Of a stretch of DNA of 64,000 bases, positions 1 through 10,810 are shown piece by piece; the stretch's first letter is position 1; each line of letters opens with the position of its first letter. The DNA is from Octopus vulgaris (taxonomy: Eukaryota). The translations under genes were made by a program, and so were the position numbers. Location: assembly GCA_951406725.2 (NCBI GenBank), contig OX597814.1, positions 96,472,001 to 96,536,000 of the forward strand. The letters run 5' to 3'. A model generated the notes under the pieces. That model was not told where the DNA came from. It saw only the letters and a list, made by a program, of their open reading frames with translations, and ran no database searches.

Positions 1-159
1 GCATACAGGAAGATAGCTTAAAGGAAACTTTTCAGCTAGATTACATTGCTTAATACAATTTTTGTCCTTGGGTAGCAACTGCTATTTCCTATTTGCTTAC
101 CCCTTGGAAGTAATGAAAAATGGCTAATATTTCCTTCAAACTTGCTTTTGTTACATTTA

Positions 160-325
160 TTCCAACCCCGAAGAATCCCTCTCAACACATGGCTATGATA
201 CTCTCCAACTACACCTACACATGGTCAGAGATGCACATATTGTCAGCCACAAAGGAATACTTAAGTGGTTAAGGCCAAGCAACTGACAAGCAAATTTGTG
301 GTATTGAGCAGAATATTCGCTATAA
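160..325 (-). repeat. Fragment of interspersed repeat family C (same as 22081-22662 and 63075-63492)
   Basis: aaccccgaagaatccctctcaacacatggctatgat...gtggtattgagcagaatatt matches the two longer copies. Confidence 0.75.
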
Positions 326-557
326 CGATATTTCTGCTTCAGCTACTCCGTACTGAATCTGTCTGAAATGTAATGGAAAATAGGCCAGTTTGAAAACATT
401 GGTGTCCAGGTCACAAAAGTAAAGTTTGAGGGGAATAATAGTCATTTCTTTTGCTTTTTAGATAGAAGAAAATAGGAAATAATACTTACTGACCAAAGAC
501 CAAAAAAAAAAAAAAATTAAAGTTTTGTGACATAGTATTATTATTAGAGTGTTTGTG

Positions 558-767
558 AAGGCGGAATGCTGACAGAATCGTTACCACGCCGGGCAGAATG
601 CTTAGTGGCATTTCATCCGTCTTTATGTTCAAATTCCGATGCGGCCGACTTTGCCTTGCATCCTTCCAGAGTCGATAAAATAAGTACTGGTCGAGCATCT
701 GGGGTCGATGTAATTGACTTAACCCTTCACTCGATATTTCTGGCCTCGTGCCAAAATTTGAAACCAT
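558..767 (+). mobile_element. SINE family A copy
   Basis: aaggcgg...gttcaaattcc...gactttgcc..catcc..gtcgataaaataagtac...gtgccaaaatttgaaacc; more than 15 copies in the window. Confidence 0.8.
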
Positions 768-1533
768 TATTAAAGTGTTCGTGTATATGATTAGACTATT
801 TATGAATGCACTGTAGTGTTTCGTTAGCTTTTACTGTAGTGGAGCATAAAAAAAAAATCTAATCTAAGTGTGACATCTAGCAAATAAATTAGTCTTGACT
901 GTCCTTCACTGTAGTAGAAAAACTGGGTTGCTTTAAAAATTTTGATGAAATTCTTAAGGATGTTGATTTGAACTTGTTGACAGTCGCTTTCATCTGTGTT
1001 GCAAAATAAAGATAAAAATTGATCATTCAGCAAAAATTATCACTCCACCCAAGCTTTCAGAGTCAAATTTATTACGTCTGTCAAATCTCTACCACTCTAC
1101 CTTGAACTTCGATGCCATCACAGAAAATTCCACCCACTTGCCGAAACATCCTACATTATCTCTTCCTTTTAAAATTATTCCTTCACTCATTCATTTATTG
1201 CATAAAAGGTTAAGTCCAAGAAATGCTCTTATATTTCATTGTTTGAATAATCCTTTCTCTCGAAAAACTTCGAAGCCACTACAAATAAAATCTCTAAGTG
1301 TATATATATAGAGAGAGAGCATAATTAAATCTCAGAATGAGATTGAAACAGTAATCACTCGATAATGTAAAGTATAGAAGCCATCTTATCATGGCTAACC
1401 ACATTGGGGAGGGGGTGTTACTGTAGCTTTATAGCCCCAAGAGATCGTCGTCTCTAGCTGGCTTTAGACACAATATCAGTGCCTTGGAGTATTTGCAAAG
1501 GGAGGCCATCCTTCCTCGCAAGCCTGAGTGATA

Positions 1534-1576
1534 CGCTCGAACTAGTTTCGGGATTTTTGTCCCTTGTCAACGGGCG
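1534..1576 (-). ncRNA. Type I hammerhead ribozyme, U3-A8 core variant
   Basis: reverse complement: cgcccg TTGACAA ggga-caaaaa-tccc GAAA ctag TT cgagcg; stem I 5 of 6 bp, stem II 4 bp, palindromic stem III ACUAGU. Confidence 0.7.
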
Positions 1577-1891
1577 GTAACCACCAGGTCGCGATGAAAG
1601 TGAAGGCTGCTTTGCAAATATATAAGTTTTTCTAGTGGCGTCTGCCACTGATGTCGAAAAACTAACAGTAAGCATAATTAAATCTCAGAATGAGATTGAA
1701 ACAGTAATCTCTCGATAATGTAGAAGCCATCTTATCATGGCTAACCACATTGGGGAGGGGGTGTTACTGTAGGTTTATTCTGAGATTTAATTATGCTTAC
1801 TGTTAGTTTTTCGACATCAGTGGCAGACGCCACTAGAAAAACTTATATATTTGCAAAGCAGTCTTCACTTTCATCGCGACCTGGTGGTTAC

Positions 1892-1934
1892 CGCCCATTG
1901 ACAAGGGACAAAAATCCCGAAACTAGTTCGAGCG
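1892..1934 (+). ncRNA. Type I hammerhead ribozyme, U3-A8 core variant (inverted-arm copy)
   Basis: cgccca TTGACAA ggga-caaaaa-tccc GAAA ctag TT cgagcg. Confidence 0.65.
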
Positions 1935-2112
1935 TATCACTCAGGCTTGCGAGGAAGGGATGGCCTCCCTTTGCAAATACTCCAAGACATTGATATTGTG
2001 TCTAAAGCCAGCTAGAGACGACGATCTTTGGGGCTATAAAGCTACAGTAACACCCCCTCCCCAATGTGGTTAGCCATGATAAGATGGCTTCTATACTTTA
2101 TATATATATATA

Positions 2113-2870
2113 CGCCGAAAAATTTGAAGACTTTTGCTATCAGCATGCAAAACTAAATGCAATACCAATTAAATACACTGGACCTGGAGGGATTGCAATT
2201 CGAGAGACATAGTCAGTGCGAAATCTGGGCATTTACAGGAGTAATGATGCATCCTTTCATGTGCATGTTGCTAAGCTGGCAATGAAATGCAGGTGGCTGA
2301 CCGAATGGATTCTTAGAACTTTTAGAACAAGAGATCGGGAAACCATGATGGTCCTCTGGAGGACACTTGTTCTAAGCCACTTTAACTATTGCTCCCAGCT
2401 ATGAAAACCAACCAGTGTCAAAGTAATTACAGAACTTGAGGCAATCCAACGAAGCAACACGAAGAAAGCCTCTATATTATATATAAGCTACTGGGAAAGA
2501 CTCGAGAAATTAAGTCTCTATTCTTCAGAGCATAGGCGAGAAAGATTTGCCATAATATACATCTGGAAGATCCTGGAATAACTTGTTCCAAACTTTGGCA
2601 TCGAGAGTTACACTAATACTAGAACAGTGCGCCACTACATAGTGCCAAGGACTCCAGATTTGCCATCAAATATACAAGATACTGCTTTAGAGAACCACAG
2701 CTCTTCAGTGTCCTCCCGAAGGATCTGAGAGACGTGCATGGGGTGGATGTAGGTGTTTTCAAAACGAAGCTGGATATCTTACTGTCAAGTGTTCCAGATG
2801 AACCAACTGCAGGAAGTGCAGATGAGAGCAGCGGTATCAAACTCCCTCATGCACCAAACTATCAATTTCT
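2113..2870 (+). pseudogene. Decayed 3' end of a CR1/L2/Jockey-group LINE reverse transcriptase
   Basis: VRNLGI...WILRTFRTRDRETMMVLWRTLVLSHFNYCSQL resembles the RT C-terminus; stops and frameshifts. Confidence 0.75.
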
Positions 2871-2976
2871 AAAAGAATTAGTGAAGTAAAATTATGTAGC
2901 AACACCAAATGGCGGTACCCCAGCATGGCCACAGTTCATGAGATAAAACTAGATTAAATCTAAAAAAAAAATTCAT

Positions 2977-3141
2977 GGCGCAGGCGTGGCTGTGTGGTAA
3001 GTAGATTGCTTAACAAACACATGTTTCCGGGATCAGTCCAACTGCGTGGCACCTTGGGCAAGTGTCTTCTACTATAACCTCGGGCCGACCAAAGCCTTGT
3101 AAGGGGATTTCGTAGACGGAAAGTGAAAGAAGCCTGTCGTA

Positions 3142-3212
<71 letters not shown>

Positions 3213-3423
3213 ATATGTGTATGTGTTTGTATGACTGTTTGTCCCTCCACCATCGCTTGACAAGCGATGCTGGTGTGTTTACGTCCCTGTAATTTAGCCG
3301 TTCGGCAAAGAGACAGATATAATAAGTACTAGGCTTACAAAGAATAGGTTCTGGGGTCGATTTACCGATTAAAGGTAGTGCTCCAGCATGGCCGCAGTCA
3401 AATGACAAAAAAAAATAAAAGAA
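2977..3423 (+). mobile_element. tRNA-derived SINE family B with an internal (TA)n tract
   Basis: ggcgcaggcgtggctgtgtggtaag head, ccttgggcaagtgtctt CORE-like segment, tail ccagcatggccgcagtcaaatgac; homologous to 43999-44400. Confidence 0.8.
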
Positions 3424-3470
3424 TATATATATATATATATACATTATGTATATATATATATATATATATA

Positions 3471-3585
3471 TTGCCTGCTCGCTTAGCCAGCGGGGTGGCG
3501 TCATTCGAAGGCTAAAACAATGCGAACGCATTGTGACCAGCGATGTGAAACTACATCTGATGGACTGGTCGGTCACGAAAAATAT

Positions 3586-3631
<46 letters not shown>

Positions 3632-3927
3632 CACCGTGATCACCGTGACCGACCAGGCTATCAGATGTTGCTACACATCGCTGGTCACAATTCACTTCGC
3701 ATTGTTTTAGCCTCCAAATGACGCTACCCCGCTAGCTAAGCGAGCAGGCCAACAGAAGAAAGAGTGAGAGAAAGTTGTGGCGAAAGAGTACAGCAAGGAT
3801 CGCTACCACTCCCTGCCGGAGCCTCGTGGAGCTTCAGGTGTTTTCGCTCAATAAACACTCACAATCGAAACCGCGATCCTACAACCGCGAGTCTGCTGCC
3901 CTAACAACTGGGCCATTGCGCCTCCAC
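3471..3927 (-). mobile_element. tRNA-derived SINE (3630-3927, minus strand) with an inverted duplicate of its 3' part (3471-3592) across a (TA)n tract
   Basis: reverse-complement head gtggaggcgcaatggcccagttgttagggcagcagactcgcgg (A-box-like); 3471-3590 is the reverse complement of about 3640-3750. Confidence 0.75.
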
Positions 3928-4317
3928 ATATGTATATATAAATATATGTATATATATGTATATATATATATATATGTCATAATATATATATATATATATA
4001 TATCATAATATAAATGATATATATATATGTACATACCTACATATATATGTATATATGCATACATGTATGGGTACAGGAGTCAAAAAGAAACGCGAACAAA
4101 ATGAAAAACGAGAACAAAAACAAAAACTTAGAAAACGAACTGTTTTTAAAACAACGAAAGAAACAAATAGAGAAAGATACAGGCAACACAAAAAACAGTT
4201 CCTTCATCAGTTGTCCCCTGTTTTATCTACTCAGCGTTACGAATGTTGGGACAAGACACGAGTTAAAACAGTCGTTCCCGCAAAGCAAATTAAATAAAAT
4301 TTGGGGTTTTTGGAGAG

Positions 4318-4379
<62 letters not shown>

Positions 4380-4392
4380 GTATGTATGTATA

Positions 4393-5610
4393 CAGGGGTT
4401 GGACAAAATAATGGAAATATCTAGCATCATATCATCATAATTTTAAAATATCTATAAAGACTAAAAAGCTTGTTTATTTTTATGTTTTTCGATTTATTAT
4501 TAGTGTTGCTTAATATGTTTTGCTAAAATTGCTGTTTCTTTTCAGGTATCATCATAAAATGGTAACTAAAATTCATTAAAAGAGGTCAAATTTTTTGGTG
4601 CTCGTATGTCAGGCGCTAGCGTAACGAAAACAGCCGAAATGCTTGGTGCATCAAGAAGTACTGTCTCGAAAATAATTACAGCCTTTGAGAAAGAGGGAAA
4701 AACCTCTTCGTCGAAATAAAACTCCGGAAGACACCCACAACTTTCAGATATGAACCGTCGGACTCTTACGCGAATTGTTAGAAAGGATCACAAAAGTACA
4801 GCTCCCAAAATTTCTGCAGAGCTTAATGACCACCTCAAGAACCCGGTTTCCACAAAAACTGTTCGCCGGGAGCTGCACAAAGCCGGATTTCACGGGAGGG
4901 CTGCAATCAGAAAACCACTACTTTCGAAAACAATCGTTGCAAAGCGTTTAGAGTGGAGTAAAAACCTACAGAATTGGTCCCTAGAGCATTGGAAGAATGT
5001 TATTTTCTCGAACGAGTCATCCGTTACCTTATTTCCGATCACCGGCCGATATACGTGTGGATTCATGCAAAAGAAGCTTTTGATCCAGACTACGTTATTC
5101 GAATAGTTAAACATGGAGGAGGATCTGTGATGATCTGGGGGGGGGGGGGCTATATCTTGGAAATCCGCCGGCCCAATGGTTTCCCTTCATTGCAGAATTA
5201 ATTAGTCAAGACTATTTAAGCATTTTATCTAATCAAATTCATCCTATGGTTGCGAAACTATTTCCGGAGGGAAACGCAACTTTTCAGGATGATAATGCAC
5301 CAATTTACACAGTTAAAGTTGTTACTGAATGGCACGAGGAATATTCTAGTGAAGTTGAACATCTTATCTGGCCACCACAGTCCCCAGATCTCAATATTAT
5401 TGAGCATTTATGGTGCATTTTAGAAAAACGAGTAAGGTGTCGATATCCTACGCTATCACCACTAAAAGATCTGGAGACTGTTTTTAGCTGAAGAATGGAC
5501 AGAAATTCCTTTGGAAACAATTCAAACCTTGTACGCGTCCATACCTCGTAGAATTCAAGCTGTAATTATTGCCAAAGGCGATTCTACCCCATATTAAAAT
5601 ATATTTGTTG
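4393..5610 (+). mobile_element. Decayed Tc1-family DNA transposon
   Basis: TA-CAGGGGTTGGACAAAATAATGG left TIR; HTH VSTKTVRRELHKAG; WKNVIFSNES, FQDDNAP and WPPQSPDLNIIEHLW catalytic motifs; frameshifted; right TIR not seen. Confidence 0.9.
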
Positions 5611-6207
5611 GCAATATATAATGAAAGAAGGAAAATGCACACACTTTACATAGTTTTAATATATTTTTTAATATATTTTATATTATGCTTGTCGACCAGT
5701 CTCGCTTTCGCTAATCCTAATATCAAAATTTATTTAAATATGTATTTTGTTAAGAAAAACTTTGTTTTCCATGTTGTGTATGGAATTTATGAAAGAAATA
5801 GAAAAATTTAAGGGGAGGAAATTGGTGATCGTGAACAGGGGAGATAATTGTTCATCTTTCAGTGGGTGCGGAATATATACACAAACATTCAAAAACTAGA
5901 GCGGTGGGGATAAATATGTACAATGATGGGTATGAAATCGTGAATTAAAATACGTATAGAGATCAAAGTTGTTTATGCGTGCATATTTAGACGTGTTTTG
6001 TATTTTTCAATGAATAAAGTTTCTTTATTTAAACGTTCTTGTATAGAAATTGTACCTTTGCTCTGGTAGGAGGGGAAAACTGTGAAATTTTGATTAATGT
6101 CACTTGCACATCTCTCTATGTGTTCACTTAAAGGAATCTATCTGTATTGCGTGAACGGGATCTGCTTTTTATGTAGAGTGGATCTCCGACTCCGTGTCAT
6201 ATATATA

Positions 6208-7385
6208 TACAAAATTAAGAGGAATGACCACTAAAGTGGACACCTAATATGCTAAACATAGACGTTAAATCGCCATTACCACGAAGAATGTGTTCTCAAG
6301 AAAAATTCAGCAAAAAGCCAAAATGTAAAAATGAGCAAGACAAATGAAAATATATCCTTAAATCCTTAAAAATGTTTTAGCCCGAAGGCCGCGGCCATGC
6401 TGGGGCGCCACCACGGGAGTAATTTCCCATTTCTCCCGTGTTCATAATTGTTATACTTTGTTGTTTGTTCCTGCCTGGCTCATAAGGGCCGGTTTCCCTG
6501 GCGTATAGGTCCCGCACCTGGACGGGACGCCGGTCTATCGCAGGTGAGCTGCAAGAGGAAAGAGTGAGAGAAAGTTGTAGCGAAAGAGTCAGCAGAAGTT
6601 TCGCCATTACCTTCTGCAGAAGCCGCGTTGAGCTTAAGTGTTTCGCTCATAAACACACACATCTTCCGGTCTGAGATTCGAACCCGCGATCCCTCGTCCG
6701 CTGCTCTAACCACTAGGCCATGTGCCTATGTTTAGCATATTAGGTGTCCACTTTAGTGGTCATTCTTCTTAATTTTGTATGTAACACAATTTTTAATCTT
6801 CGGATTTTAAAAAATATGCTAAGCCACTGGTTTTAATTGATTAATATAAATTTCTACCCTTATTATTTAATTTTAAATGAAAATGTTCTCCAACCGGTAA
6901 ATTGGTTGCTGAAATTTATTAACTACAAAGTAATTTCTGGCCTCAGCGCGCCAACGTAAAGACATTTGAGAAATGCAGCCAAATATAATTTGTAGAACTT
7001 TATACATGCTCTGTTTCGGTTGAGTGTTTTGTATCTAGTTCTGGAAATTGTATTTTGTAAGCGACAGATTACGCTGAAGATCTGCATACGTAGATATTAA
7101 CAAGTGGAACCATGGTACATAGGTAATCGCTTTTTATTTCGTATATTTTCATTTGTCTTGCTCATTTTTACATTTTGGCGTTTTGCTGAGATTTTTCTTG
7201 AGAGCACACTATTCGTGGTAATGGCAATTTGACGTCTATGTTTAGCATATTAGGTGTCCACTTTAGTGGTCATTCCTTTTAATTTTGTATGTAACACAAT
7301 TTTTGATCTTCGGATTTTTTAAATATGCTAAGCCACTAGTTTTAACTAATCAATATCAACTGCTACCCTTATTATTTAATTTTAT
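6208..7385. mobile_element. Non-autonomous TA-flanked element: 510-bp unit with ~148-bp terminal redundancy and an inverted arm; SINE at the junction
   Basis: ctatgtttagcatattagg at 6726 and 7236; 6208-6355 is the reverse complement of about 7143-7290; degenerate hammerhead-like motif at 7067-7128 (CTGAAGA...GGAACCATGGTA). Confidence 0.75.
6377..6725 (-). mobile_element. tRNA-derived SINE related to 3630-3927
   Basis: reverse complement ggcacatggcctagtggttagagcagcgg...gggttcgaatctc (A and B boxes); shares gaaagagtgagagaaagttgt with 3757-3780. Confidence 0.8.
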
Positions 7386-7402
7386 ATATATATGTATATA
7401 TA

Positions 7403-8462
7403 CACGAGGTCTGATCAGTAAGTATCTAGACTGTAACCATAGTAACGAAGCTAAAGAACATAAAGTAAAGCCGCTTAGCACAGATTGACCTTGGACTCTG
7501 CTGTGTATATGCACTAAGGTTTAACGTTCTAGATCACTTCCTCTATTTATAAGTGCTTAGAAGGAAGGTGTGTAGCATGTGATCATTGCATTGATCATGA
7601 CAGAGCAAGTTGGCATGGCAATATCTGCTCAGAGGCCTCCGCAAGTTTGCAGAAAGTGTGTGGAGAAGATTGTATGAGCTATAAACAAGTGTACAAGTGG
7701 TTTAGACATTTCCAAGATGGCCAACAAAATGTCAATATCGACGAAAGTTCTGGGAGATCAGCCACCAGCAGAACTGAGAAAAACATCGCAGATGTGCGTG
7801 CAGCTGTGAGATGAAATCGTTGAATCACCATCCGTGATATATCAGAGGTTGTATAGATTAGTTACGGTTCACTTGAGTCCGTTATTACTGAAGATTTGTG
7901 TATGAGACGCGTGTCTGCTAAATTTGTGCCAAAGCTTCCAGCTGACCAAAAAGAAAACTTGGGTTTCAGTTGCACATGATCTTCTTGATTGTGCCGAGAA
8001 CAATGAAAACTTTTTGAAAACTTTGCGTAGGCCTCTGAGCAGGTATCACCAAGCTTTTGGCAAAATTTGACGCAGATTCTTTGCTCAACTTTGTCATGGT
8101 CAATAAGACGGTGAGCTGGCAGAAACGTTAGCACGCCGGGCGAAATGCTTAGCGGTATTCAAAGTTCGAATTGCGCCGAGGTCGACTTTGCCTTTAATCC
8201 TTTTGGGATCGATAAATGAAGTACCAGTTGTGTACTGGGATCGATCTAATCGACTGATCCACTAGAGTAGAAAACAATGCAACGATCACACTCTACACGC
8301 CTTCTTTCCAAGCACTGCTGTAAACAGCGAGAGATAGAACGTTAAAACTTAGTGCGCATGCACAGCAGAGTTTAAGGTAAATCTGTGCCAAGCGGCTTTA
8401 CTCCGCAAGCTATAGCTTCGTTACTATGACAACAGTACGGATACTTATTGATCAGGCCAGGT
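7403..8462. mobile_element. Internally deleted mariner element with long inverted ends
   Basis: ends cacgaggtctgatcagtaagtatc and gatacttattgatcaggccagg with TA flanks; HTH remnants EQRICVKFCQKLG and MRRVSAKFVPK; SINE A inserted at about 8105-8260. Confidence 0.85.
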
Positions 8463-8484
8463 ATATAACACAAACTAATTAAGG

Positions 8485-8950
8485 CTGCTAGATGCAATTT
8501 AAAACCAAAAAGGAAATAATTTACCATCACTAAAAGGACTAAGTGTTCAGGGAGAACCATCATTGCTAGAAATAAGAGTCAAAGACTCTTTGGTTTCAGA
8601 GGCACATGTTCTATGTACTGACAAGGCAGACAACCTCCCCAACGCAAGCAAGGGCATTGAATTGACATCTCAGTTTCGCATGAAATGAAAGTTTACTCTA
8701 TTGCGGCTGGTGAAGTTGAAATTTCACTTGTCAGGTTTTTAAAATTTACCATAGGAACCAATGACTGATTCAGCAACACGATAATGCGAAAATTATAAAA
8801 TAATTAATGTGGCTAGACGCAATTTAAAACTAAATGGAAATAAATCACCGTCACTAATATTAACCAGGGTGCAAGGAGCACCAGGATTGCTAGAAATAAG
8901 AGTCCAAGACTCTTTAGCCACAAAAAGCACATGTTCTATGTACTGACAGT
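8485..8950 (-). repeat. Old terminally redundant element (~325-bp unit), related to 13300-13520
   Basis: ~140-bp diverged direct repeat at 8485-8625 and 8810-8950 containing ttgctagaaataagagtc; the reverse complement of this motif is at about 13463. Confidence 0.6.
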
Positions 8951-8953
8951 ATT

Positions 8954-9014
<61 letters not shown>

Positions 9015-9016
9015 CA

Positions 9017-9902
9017 CAGTAATCACTCGCTATATCGCGGTTCACCTATCGCGTCCTCAGTACATCACGGATTTTTCTGGCTAATACATGCAAATTTATA
9101 TCGCGGATTCCTCAGTATATCGCAGGTTTCTGCGGCCAATAGGCACTTATATATATTTTTTTAGATCTTAATTATTTTTCGTTGGTAAAATAAGCATTTT
9201 CACGCCTAAAAATTAATAAACTAATAAATATAAATACAGTACAGTACAGTACTGCACTGTATATCACATTGATTAGAATATATTAAAAGAAAAACGTAGT
9301 GTGCCGCAGGGGAGTAAACAAAGAATCGCACATACTGTATGGAAAACAAAACTCGGAAGGGGAGCGGGTGGTGTTGTTTTGCATTTGTGTGTAAAATCGT
9401 CAATTTATTTCAAGCCCAACGATGTCGCCCAAACGCTGTGCACCTTCTAAGGCTTCTGACAGTGAACCCAAGCGCCAGAGGAAGATGCTTACTATAGTAG
9501 AAAAGGTGAGACTCCTCGACATGTTTAAGAAAGAGAGAAAGTATGCTGATGTAGGCCGCCAAAAGAACTTCAGAGATTGGTGGGAGATTAGGACCCCCCA
9601 GATTATTCGTACGTTGCAGTTCAGAAATGCAATCGGTGGAGACATGGAAGTTTATAAAATCCTTCTTACACAGCAGCTGGCTATCACAACGTTCCTCAGC
9701 CGCTAAAAAAAAAGACATGGGGGTCTCCGAAGAGTGTGGGGAGAGTTTATAAAAGCTTAAATATACAAAAATAATAAAATAAGTATATATAGATTATAAA
9801 AATAAATAAATAAAATATACATTACATTACTGTTTCTACTTCGCAGTTTTCATGTATCGCAGAGTGTTTTGGAAAGTGACACCCGCAATAGTCAAGGGAT
9901 AA

Positions 9903-9905
<3 letters not shown>
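9017..9905 (+). mobile_element. Tigger/pogo-like internally deleted DNA transposon
   Basis: ends cagtaatcactcgctatatcgcgg and cccgcaatagtcaagggataactg-TA; MSPKR...KRQRKMLTIVEKVRLLDM is a CENP-B-type HTH N-terminus. Confidence 0.85.
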
Positions 9906-9951
<46 letters not shown>

Positions 9952-10163
9952 CAATAATAAATCTCTGAACGAGATGTAAACAGTAACTGCACGACAATGT
10001 GAGGTATACTAGCCATCTCAATATAGCTAACCACTAAGGGCAGGTGTTACTATAGCTTGTAGCCCCAGGAGGACAGCGTCTCCAGCTGACTTTAGGCACA
10101 CTTTCTGTGCCCTTATGGTATTTGCAAAGGGAGGTCATCCCTCCATCGTCAACCTAAGTGATA

Positions 10164-10207
10164 CGCACGGACTGCAGTTCTAGGTATTGATCTGTCGTCG
10201 GCGCACG
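10164..10207 (-). ncRNA. Degenerate type I hammerhead (CCGACGA core, one A lost from GAAA)
   Basis: reverse complement: cgtgcg CCGACGA cagatcaataccta GAA ctgcag TC cgtgcg. Confidence 0.5.
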
Positions 10208-10528
10208 ACAATCACCGGTTTTCGATGAAGGGAGTCCCAATGCAAATCCTTATAATGTTTTTCCAGTAACTTTTCGTCACTGATCTCCAAAAGCCAGCTG
10301 GAGACGATGTTCTCCTGGGGCTACAAGCTATAGTAACACCCACCCTTAGTGGTTAGCCATATTGAGGTGGCTAGTATACCTCACATTGTCGTGCAGTTAC
10401 TGTTTACATCTCGTTCCGAGATTTATTATTACTTGCGTACAGTTTTTCGAGATCAGTGACGAAAAGTTACTGGAAAAACGTTATAAGGATTTGCATTGGG
10501 ACTCCCTTCATCGAAAACCGGTGATTGT

Positions 10529-10573
10529 CGTACGCCGACGACAGGTCAATACCTAGAAACTGCAGTCCGTGCG
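10529..10573 (+). ncRNA. Type I hammerhead, C4 variant
   Basis: cgtacg CCGACGA c-aggt-caat-acct-a GAAA ctgcag TC cgtgcg; stem I 6 bp, palindromic stem III ACUGCAGU, GUC site. Confidence 0.65.
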
Positions 10574-10616
10574 TATCACTTAGGTTGACGATGGAGGGAT
10601 GACCTCCCTTTGCAAA

Positions 10617-10720
10617 TGCCTTACCCTAAGTAAGGCATGTGTAAAATTTGTGTAGTTCTCAAGTTTTAGGGAAACACACAGACAGACAGACACACATTCT
10701 CAGTTTTATATATATAAAGA
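10617..10720 (-). mobile_element. 5' fragment of the non-autonomous Helitron family seen at 14325
   Basis: reverse complement tctttatatatataaaactgag...gtttccctaaaacttgagaactacac matches 14325-14430. Confidence 0.7.
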
Positions 10721-10810
10721 TATATATATATATTAATACATATAAAGGCTTACTATAATTATTTAGGCTTAAACGGGGACGACTGACAAATTATAGATAT
10801 CATAACTATA

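Larger units (their letters stand above)
1318..2101. mobile_element. Non-autonomous hammerhead element: 353-bp unit plus partial direct repeat, then an inverted arm
   Basis: agcataattaaatctcag at 1318 and 1671; 1777-2101 is the reverse complement of about 1368-1691; flanked by (TA)n/(GA)n. Confidence 0.85.
9949..10617. mobile_element. Hammerhead element of the same family as 1318-2101; forward unit plus a circularly permuted inverted arm
   Basis: shares gctaaccac, gtgttact.tagctt..agcccca and tatttgcaaagggagg with the 1318 element; 10291-10617 is inverted. Confidence 0.85.

Noticed and set aside
1454-1993. Twin ORFs MLTVSFSTSVADAT on opposite strands
   Set aside because: They result from the inverted repeat and are frameshifted relative to each other.
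3860-6725. tRNA-like sequences near 3860-3927 and 6670-6725
   Set aside because: They are SINE heads without a complete cloverleaf.
8660-8738. CTGACAA...GAAA...TC hammerhead-like motif on the minus strand
   Set aside because: The 3-8 pair is broken and stem I does not pair.
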